Shown: positions 18,198 to 24,000 of the stretch, in pieces | How the letters are laid out: each line of letters begins with the position of its first letter | How positions within the stretch are numbered: position 1 is the first letter of the stretch | DNA from: Teichococcus wenyumeiae | GTDB lineage: Bacteria > Pseudomonadota > Alphaproteobacteria > Acetobacterales > Acetobacteraceae | DNA: 24,000 bases | NCBI RefSeq assembly: GCF_003696345.1 | Contig: NZ_RFLX01000005.1 | Span: 88,777-112,776, forward strand | Direction: 5' to 3' | Notes under the pieces: generated by a model | Database searches by the model: none | The model's input: only the letters and a program-made list of their open reading frames with translations | Told to the model about the DNA's origin: nothing | Program-made: the position numbers and the translations under genes

Positions 18198-19043
18198 TCA
18201 GGCGGCGGCGACGGTCTTCTGCACCTGCTCGCCTAGGCCGGCGATGCCAAGGCGGATGGTCTGGCCCGGCTTCAGGTAGACCGGCGGCTTCTGGCCCATG
18301 CCCACGCCCGGCGGGGTGCCGGTGGTGATCACGTCGCCCGGATGCAGCGTGATGAACTGCGAGACATAGGAGACCACCTTCTCCACCCCGAAGATCATGG
18401 TGCGGGTGGAGCCGTCCTGGTAGCGGTGGCCATCCACCTCGCAGAACATCGCCAGGTCCTGCGGGTCCGGCACCTCGTCCTTGGTCACCAGCCAGGGGCC
18501 GAGCGGGCCGAAGGTGTCGCAGCCCTTGCCCTTGTCCCACTGGCCGCCGCGCTCGATCTGGAATTCGCGCTCGGAAACGTCGTTGCAGACGGCATAGCCG
18601 GCCACGTAGTCCAGCGCCTCGGCCTCCGAGACATTCTTGGCCTTGGTGCCGATGACGATGGCCAGCTCGACTTCCCAGTCGGTCTTCTGGCTGTTCTTCG
18701 GGATCTCCACATCGTCATTGGGGCCGCAGAGCGCGCCCAGCGACTTCAGGAAGATGATCGGCTCCTTCGGGATGGCCGCACCCGTCTCCGCCGCGTGGTC
18801 GGCGTAGTTCAGGCCGATGCAGACGAAGTTCTTCATATGCGCCACCGGCGGGCCGAGGCGCGGATTGCCGGAGACGGCCGGCAGCGAGGCCGGGTCAAGC
18901 GCCGCCAGCTTCGCCAGCCCGGCGGCGGAAAGCGCATCGCCCGAGAAATCCGGCAGCACGCCGGAGAGGTCGCGGATGGTGCCGGCGGCATCGAGCAGGC
19001 CCGGCTTTTCCTGGCCCGGCGGGCCGTAACGCAGCAGCTTCAT
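18198..19043 (-). CDS. Fumarylacetoacetate hydrolase (FAH) family protein
   Basis: HMKNFVCIGLNYADHAAETGAAIPKEPIIFLKSLGALCGPNDDV ... DWEVELAIVIG ... CNDVSEREFQIERGGQWDKGKGCDTFGPLGPWLV ... GDVITTGTPPGVGMG. Confidence 0.92.
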   Translation of the reverse strand: MKLLRYGPPGQEKPGLLDAAGTIRDLSGVLPDFSGDALSAAGLAKLAALDPASLPAVSGNPRLGPPVAHMKNFVCIGLNYADHAAETGAAIPKEPIIFLKSLGALCGPNDDVEIPKNSQKTDWEVELAIVIGTKAKNVSEAEALDYVAGYAVCNDVSEREFQIERGGQWDKGKGCDTFGPLGPWLVTKDEVPDPQDLAMFCEVDGHRYQDGSTRTMIFGVEKVVSYVSQFITLHPGDVITTGTPPGVGMGQKPPVYLKPGQTIRLGIAGLGEQVQKTVAAA

Positions 19044-19057
19044 GGTTCAGCGCTTCC

Positions 19058-19804
19058 TTAGTTGGTCCAGCCGCCATCGATGACGATGGCCTGGGCGGTC
19101 ACGAACTGGCTCTCCGGCGCGGAGAGATACAACACAAGCTCGGCGATTTCTTCCGGCGTGGCGAGGCGCCCCATGGCCTGGCGGGAGACAAAGGCGGCGC
19201 GCGCCGCCTCCACGCTGCCGGCGGTGCTGGCATTGGCGGCGATGCGCTCGCCCAGCGAGGGGGTGTCCACCGTGCCCGGGCAGACGCAGTTGCAGCGGAT
19301 GCCCCTGGTGACGAAATCGGCCGCCACGCTCTTGGTCAGCCCGACCACGGCGGCCTTGGTGGTGCCATAGGCGAAGCGGTTGGCGACACCCTTCACCGAA
19401 CCTGCGGCGGAAGCCATGTTGACGATGGCGCCGCCCCCCTGGGCCAGCATGCCCGGCAGCGCCGCCTGGATCACCTTCCACTGCGCCCGCACGTTCAGCG
19501 CGAAGGCGAAGTCCCAGTCCTCGTCACGGCAGTTCAGCACGTCGTTCTGGTGCACGAAGCCGGCGCAGTTGAAGACCACGTCGAAAGGCCCGTTGTCCTC
19601 GATGGTCGCCTTCACCGCCGCGTCGTCCAGCACGTCCAGCGGCATGGCGGCGATGCCATCCCCCAGGCCCGCCAGCTTGGCCGCGTCCCGGTCGGTGGCG
19701 ACCACCGTGGCGCCTTCACGGGCATAGGCCAGCGCGGCGGCGCGGCCGATGCCCTGCCCCGCCGCCGTCACGAAGCAGCGCTTTCCTTGCAGCCTTCCGG
19801 CCAT
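19058..19804 (-). CDS. Short-chain dehydrogenase/reductase
   Basis: GKRCFVTAAGQGIGRAAALAYAREGATVVATDRD ... NCAG ... NMASAAGSVKGVANRFAYGTTKAAVVGLTKSVAADF ... CVCPGTVDTPSL. Confidence 0.93.
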   Translation of the reverse strand: MAGRLQGKRCFVTAAGQGIGRAAALAYAREGATVVATDRDAAKLAGLGDGIAAMPLDVLDDAAVKATIEDNGPFDVVFNCAGFVHQNDVLNCRDEDWDFAFALNVRAQWKVIQAALPGMLAQGGGAIVNMASAAGSVKGVANRFAYGTTKAAVVGLTKSVAADFVTRGIRCNCVCPGTVDTPSLGERIAANASTAGSVEAARAAFVSRQAMGRLATPEEIAELVLYLSAPESQFVTAQAIVIDGGWTN

Positions 19805-19827
19805 GCAGTTCTTCTCCCATGCAAAGG

Positions 19828-19868
19828 CTGGGGGAAGGAATTCCCCCAGACCCCCATCTTCTCTTTGC
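19828..19868 (+). repeat. Repeat unit B1: CTGGGGGAA-GGAA-TTCCCCCAG hairpin plus ACCCCCATCTTCTCTTTG tail
   Basis: 9-bp perfect stem at 19828-19849; closely matches A1 including the CTTCTCTTT tract. Confidence 0.78.
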
Positions 19869-19910
19869 GGTGTTTTTCAGCGTGGCACCGCCGGGCCGGC
19901 GGCAGGCCTC

Positions 19911-19969
19911 ACTCGAAGAAAAAAGAAGGCGCAAACCTATACGTTTGCGCGGGGGAATTCCTTCCCCCG
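19911..19969 (-). repeat. Repeat unit B2, inverted relative to B1, with an extra hairpin between core and tail; probable terminator of the dehydratase gene
   Basis: Minus strand: CGGGGGAA-GGAA-TTCCCCCG, then GCGCAAAC-GTATAG-GTTTGCGC, then CTTCTTTTTTCTTCGAGT; located 14 nt past the dehydratase stop at 19984. Confidence 0.8.
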
Positions 19970-19983
19970 ACCTTCCTCCCCCG

Positions 19984-21765
19984 TCAGTGGTTGTGCCGGC
20001 TCTCGCCGCGCGTCTCCAGGATGTTCAGGTAGAGCGTCGCCGGCTCCAGGCAGCCGCCGGTGCCGAGCTGGCCCACCATGGAGCGGTAGATCTCCTCCCA
20101 CGGCGTCTTGTTCAGCAGCTTGGGCGGCGTCCAGGCGGCGCGGCGGGCTTCCATCTCCTCGGCCGGGATCAGCAGGTCCACCTTGCGGGTCTTCAGGTTG
20201 ATGCGGATCGGGTCGCCCGACTTCATCAGTGCCAGCCCGCCGCCCACCGCCGCTTCCGGGGAGACATTGAGGATGGAGGGGGAAGCCGAGGTACCGCTCT
20301 GCCGGCCGTCGCCCATGGTGGGCAGGCTGTGCAGCCCCGCTTTGATCATGGCGCCCGGCGGCTGCATGTTCACCACCTCGGCGCTGCCCGGATAGCCCAC
20401 CGGGCCGCAGTTGCGGATGACCAGCACGGTATGCTCGTCGACGCCGAGGTCCGGGTCCTCGATGCGGTCGTGGTAGTCCTCCGGGCCCTCGAAGACGATG
20501 ACCTTGCCCTCGAAGACATCCTCGGGGTCGGACAGGAAGCGCTTGCGGAACTCGGCGTCGATGACGCTGACCTTCATCACCGCGCTCTCGAACAGGTTGC
20601 CGGAGAGGACGACGAAGCCGGCCTGTTCCTTCAGCGGCGTGTCATAGGCGCGGATCACCTCGCGGTCCGGCAGCGGCGCGCGCTTCAGGTCCTCTTCCAG
20701 TGTCTGGCCGGTGACGGTCTTGACGCCGAGGTGGAGCTTGCCGGCATCCGCCAGCTCCTTCATCACGGACTGCACGCCGCCGCCGCGGTAGAACATCTCG
20801 CCCAGGAAGCGGCCGGCCGGCTGGCAATCCACCAGCAGCGGGATCTCGGCGCCGATGGTCTGCCAGTCCTCGGTGGTCAGCTCCACGCCCATGTGGCGGG
20901 CGATAGCCACCAGGTGCGGCGGGCAGTTGGAGGAGGCACCGATGGCGCTGGCCAGGACGATGGTGTTCTCGAAGGCCTCGCGCGTCATGATGTCGGAGGG
21001 GCGCAGGTTCTCCTTCACCATTTCCACGATGCGCGCGCCCGTCGCATGGGCGATCTGCCCGCGCTCGCGATAGGCCGCCGGGATGGAGGCGCAGCCGGGC
21101 AGCGACATGCCCAGCGCCTCGGCCAGCGAGTTCATGGACAGCGCCGTGCCCATGGTGTTGCAATGGCCGACTGAGGTGGCGGAGGAAGCCACCATCTGCA
21201 TGAAGCCGTCGTAGTTGATCTCGCCGGCGGCGAGCAGCTTGCGCGCTTCCCAGACGATGGTGCCGGAGCCGGAGAGCCGCCCCTTCCAGTGCCCGTCCAG
21301 CATCGGGCCGCCGGAGAGCACGATGGCCGGGATGTTCACGGTGGCCGCGCCCATCAGGCAGGCCGGCGTCGTCTTGTCGCAGCCGGTGGTCAGCACCACG
21401 CCATCCAGCGGATAGCCGTGCAGCACTTCCACCAGCGACAGATAGGCCAGGTTGCGGTCCAGCGCCGCCGTGGGGCGCTTGCCGGTCTCCTGGATCGGAT
21501 GGATGGGGAATTCGAGGGGAATGCCGCCGGCATCGCGGATGCCTGCCTTCACCCGTTCGGCCAGGGCGATATGGTGGCGGTTGCAGGGGGCGATGTCGCT
21601 GCCGGTCTGGGCGATGCCGATGATCGGCTTGCCGGACTGCAGCTCGCCACGCGTCATGCCGAAGTTCAGGAAGCGCTCGATATAGAGCGCCGTCATGCCC
21701 GGGTCTTCCGGGTCGTCAAACCAGCGCTGGCTGCGCAGCTTGAAGTGCTTCTTGGTCTGGTCCAT
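19984..21765 (-). CDS. IlvD/Edd-family sugar-acid dehydratase (pentonate dehydratase-like)
   Basis: 593 aa; FRSxxWF-like N-terminus (KLRSQRWFDDPEDPGMTALYIERFLNFG), GIAQTGSDIAPCNRHH, LTTGCDKTTPACLMGAATVNIPAIVLSGGPM, GHCNTMGTALSMN, TMGDGRQSGTSASPSILNVSPEAAVGGGLA. Resembles Caulobacter-type xylonate dehydratase more than biosynthetic IlvD. Confidence 0.9.
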   Translation of the reverse strand: MDQTKKHFKLRSQRWFDDPEDPGMTALYIERFLNFGMTRGELQSGKPIIGIAQTGSDIAPCNRHHIALAERVKAGIRDAGGIPLEFPIHPIQETGKRPTAALDRNLAYLSLVEVLHGYPLDGVVLTTGCDKTTPACLMGAATVNIPAIVLSGGPMLDGHWKGRLSGSGTIVWEARKLLAAGEINYDGFMQMVASSATSVGHCNTMGTALSMNSLAEALGMSLPGCASIPAAYRERGQIAHATGARIVEMVKENLRPSDIMTREAFENTIVLASAIGASSNCPPHLVAIARHMGVELTTEDWQTIGAEIPLLVDCQPAGRFLGEMFYRGGGVQSVMKELADAGKLHLGVKTVTGQTLEEDLKRAPLPDREVIRAYDTPLKEQAGFVVLSGNLFESAVMKVSVIDAEFRKRFLSDPEDVFEGKVIVFEGPEDYHDRIEDPDLGVDEHTVLVIRNCGPVGYPGSAEVVNMQPPGAMIKAGLHSLPTMGDGRQSGTSASPSILNVSPEAAVGGGLALMKSGDPIRINLKTRKVDLLIPAEEMEARRAAWTPPKLLNKTPWEEIYRSMVGQLGTGGCLEPATLYLNILETRGESRHNH

Positions 21766-21852
21766 CGGGCCGTCTTCCTCTTGCCTCTCCCTGTTGCCAG
21801 CCTCCGTCCGGGGTCGGCGGCTGTCAATCGGGGGGAGGCAGAGGAAGGCGGC

Positions 21853-22122
21853 TCAGCGGCCCCGCGCGGCTTTCAGGGAGCCAGGCTTGGGCGCCGCCTT
21901 GATCACCGGGGTGCGGGTGAGAGAGGCGATCACCGGGCGCGGTTGGCCGGAAGCCTTGGAGATTTCCTCGTCCTGGCTCTCGATCAGCTTGCGCGCGGGT
22001 TCATCGCCATCCAGCCCGCCCAGGATCTCCGCCGGCACCTTGCGGTTGGAGCGGCGGGAGCCGTCTTCGTAGAGAACGTCGAAGAAGACCCAGGTGCCGG
22101 TATTGCGCTGCTTGGCGGTCAT
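21853..22122 (-). CDS. Small conserved-looking hypothetical protein (MTAKQRNTGTWVFFDVLYEDGSRRSNRKVP...)
   Basis: Internal ATG at 22122 preceded by GGCAGGAG; ordered composition, not shadow-like. Confidence 0.65.
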   Translation of the reverse strand: MTAKQRNTGTWVFFDVLYEDGSRRSNRKVPAEILGGLDGDEPARKLIESQDEEISKASGQPRPVIASLTRTPVIKAAPKPGSLKAARGR

Positions 22123-22155
22123 CAAAAACTCCTGCCGCCGGAGCAAAGGGCGGCT

Positions 22156-22326
22156 TTATGCCTGTTCGTCAGTCTCAGCCGCGGGCGGGGCATCGCTGGC
22201 GGGCGCCGTGGAGGCCTCGCGCTCAGCCTTGCGCTGCTCGCGCTCACGCTGCTTGGCATCGGCCTTGGCCTGCTTGGCCCGGTCACGATCAGCGCGCTGT
22301 TGGTTGTAGTTTGGGGCTCGTGCCAT
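22156..22326 (-). CDS. Small basic coiled-coil-like protein (MARAPNYNQQRADRDRAKQAKADAKQREREQRKAERE...)
   Basis: Start at 22326 with upstream AGGATT; 56 aa, highly charged; next to a csp gene. Confidence 0.6.
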   Translation of the reverse strand: MARAPNYNQQRADRDRAKQAKADAKQREREQRKAEREASTAPASDAPPAAETDEQA

Positions 22327-22529
22327 GAGGAATCCTCCCGTGTCTTGGTCAAAGGGGCCGCCGGTCTCCGCGGCCAGGTGGCACGGTAGAGGGCGCGCGG
22401 CGCGGGCGCGCGGGATGCATCGGCCCGTAAGGGTCATGCAACCGGCGCGGGCAGCTGCTGCCCGGCCGGAAAGGCCGCACGCCGGTGGCGCGCGGCCCGT
22501 TTGGTCAGGCGCCGGAGCGCCCGGCCAGG

Positions 22530-22736
22530 TCAGGCGCGGCGCAGGTTGCCGGCCGAGACCTTGCCATCCTTGCCGCGCTGCAGCTCGAACTCGACCCGCT
22601 CGCCTTCGTTCAGGCTCTGCATGCCGCCGCGCTGCACGTCGGAGATGTGCACGAACACGTCCTTGGAGCCGTCTTCCGGCTGGATGAAGCCAAAGCCCTT
22701 AGTCGTGTTGAACCACTTGACGGTACCGATAGCCAT
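22530..22736 (-). CDS. Cold-shock domain protein (CspA family)
   Basis: [68 protein letters not shown]; RNP1 KGFGFI and RNP2 VFVHI. Confidence 0.97.
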   Translation of the reverse strand: MAIGTVKWFNTTKGFGFIQPEDGSKDVFVHISDVQRGGMQSLNEGERVEFELQRGKDGKVSAGNLRRA

Positions 22737-22862
22737 CGGGGTGCTCCGTTGATGATGTCACCGCCGCACGACATGTGCTGCGGATCAACTTGATGGACGG
22801 GCACCAGGCACGATGCACGAACGGCCGGGCACGAGGCGCAGGCCAAACCAGTCGACGCTGTG

Positions 22863-22891
22863 TATCTAGGCGCCCCCCGGCCCAATCGCAA
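22863..22891 (-). promoter_or_regulatory. Candidate sigma70-type promoter for the csp gene (TTGCGA-N17-TAGATA)
   Basis: Minus strand TTGCGA (22891-22886), 17-nt spacer, TAGATA (22868-22863); would give a leader of roughly 120 nt before the csp ATG at 22736. Confidence 0.45.
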
Positions 22892-22918
22892 CCAATATGA
22901 CCAAAACGTCAGATGGGA

Positions 22919-23983
22919 TCAGCCGCTGAGCCCTTCCTCCAGGAAGACCTGCACGGCCTGGAACAGGGCCCCGCGGTTACGCTCCAGCATGATGCCGTGC
23001 GTGCCCTCCCCCAGCAGCACCATGCGCTTGGCGGGCGCGGCGGCCATGGCCTGGAACAGCGCCAGCGCCTGGGCCGCCGGCGCTTCCCGGTCCCATTCCG
23101 CCAGGGTGATCAGCACCGGCACCGTGACACGGGCGGCATCGAAGAGGCGGCGGCCGGCCTGCAGGTCCGCCAGCGGGCCATTCGGCACCCGCAGCACGGA
23201 AGGCACCTGCCGCGCCCCTTCCGGGTCCACGGCGAAGGTGGTGTCGGCCCAGTGCTCGTACCAGCCGGCGGGGAAGAGGCCGCCGCGCCGGTTGTCGGGC
23301 ACGCCCTCCACCCAGCGCGCCCGCACCTCGGCCCGCGTCAGGCTGCGATAGGAGGGCAGTGCCGGGCCGGCGGCGCCCGGCGCGCCGTTGGACTGGGGCG
23401 CGCTGCCCTGCGGGGTGGCGGCCTCGGCCGGCCATTCCGGCGCGTAGAGCACCAGCCGGTCCACCAGGGCGGCATTGTCCACCGCGAAGCGCGCCATCAG
23501 GCTGGCGCCCCAGCCCCAGCCCAGGTGCACCAGCTTGGGCACGCCCCGCTTCTCGCGGATAAAGGCGGCGGCGGCGGCGATATCGGCCAGGGCATCCCGC
23601 GCCGTGGTCAGCGGCTGCCCGCCCGGCGGCTGCGCCATCGCGGCATCGCGCGTTGAGCGGCCGTAGTTGCGCAGGTCGACGCTCCAGACATCGAAGCCGC
23701 GCCCGGCCATGTAATCCATCCAGGAGACGCCGCCGGCCGGCAGGTCGAAGGTCGTGCTGGCCGGAAAGGTGCCGTCATGGACGCAGAGCACCACGCGGTC
23801 CGCCCGCGCCGCCGTGGCCCCTTCGGGCCGCTTGTTGCGCAGGTAGAGCTGGATGCCGGGGCCGGACGGCACCAGGAATTCCTCCAGCACCACCCCGGCC
23901 GGCTGGGCGGAAGCCGGGCCTGCGGCAGGCAGCAGCAGCGGGGAGGCGATCAGCGGGGCGGCAAGCAGCACGCGGCGGCGCAT
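22919..23983 (-). CDS. Exported alpha/beta-hydrolase-fold protein with non-canonical nucleophile elbow
   Basis: Signal-like MRRRVLLAAPLIASPLLLPAAGPASAQPA; VVLCVHDGTFPASTTFD ... WSVDLRNYGRST ... KLVHLGWGWGASLMARF ... VLITLAEWDREAP ... GEGTHGIMLE. Confidence 0.8.
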   Translation of the reverse strand: MRRRVLLAAPLIASPLLLPAAGPASAQPAGVVLEEFLVPSGPGIQLYLRNKRPEGATAARADRVVLCVHDGTFPASTTFDLPAGGVSWMDYMAGRGFDVWSVDLRNYGRSTRDAAMAQPPGGQPLTTARDALADIAAAAAFIREKRGVPKLVHLGWGWGASLMARFAVDNAALVDRLVLYAPEWPAEAATPQGSAPQSNGAPGAAGPALPSYRSLTRAEVRARWVEGVPDNRRGGLFPAGWYEHWADTTFAVDPEGARQVPSVLRVPNGPLADLQAGRRLFDAARVTVPVLITLAEWDREAPAAQALALFQAMAAAPAKRMVLLGEGTHGIMLERNRGALFQAVQVFLEEGLSG

Positions 23984-24000
23984 GGACTTCTCCGGTGGCG

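Noticed and set aside
15331-18279. 982-aa plus-strand ORF antisense to hpnN
   Set aside because: Shadow ORF typical of high-GC DNA: low-complexity H/Q/R/G-rich translation with no domain, whereas the minus strand encodes a clear RND transporter.
19819-21174. 451-aa plus-strand ORF starting in repeat B
   Set aside because: Antisense to the IlvD/Edd dehydratase; starts within the repeat element; no motif.

Overview
High-GC alphaproteobacterial window, with an Acetobacteraceae/Roseomonas-like feel (genus is inference). The core is a hopanoid (bacteriohopane) biosynthesis locus. A six-gene + strand polycistron, hpnA-hpnB-hpnC-hpnD-hpnE-shc, is joined by five consecutive 4-nt ATGA stop/start overlaps. 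It is followed by hpnG (+), a convergently overlapping hpnH and its upstream neighbour ispH (both -), hpnM (+), and the RND-type exporter hpnN (-) next to a TetR regulator and a methionine aminopeptidase. An ECF sigma / membrane anti-sigma pair lies divergent to hpnA, and a partial GMC oxidoreductase is at the left edge. The right third holds a sugar-acid catabolism-like trio (FAH hydrolase, SDR, IlvD/Edd dehydratase), two small conserved-looking proteins, a cold-shock protein with a long leader, and an alpha/beta hydrolase lacking the canonical nucleophile serine. I found no obviously new enzymatic, defence or mobile system. The most notable unexplained signal is a repeat family present as two inverted doublets (about 9831-10050 and 19828-19969). 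Each unit is a GGGGGAA-(TGAA/GGAA)-TTCCCCC hairpin plus a CTTCTTTTTTCTTCGAGT-like tail. The tetraloop matches within each doublet but differs between them, and each doublet brackets further hairpins. The left doublet separates shc from hpnG. Other points: a palindrome inside the spacer of an apparently leaderless tetR promoter, and the 72-bp antisense overlap of hpnG and hpnH. Coordinates were derived by hand from the sequence; no database search was run.
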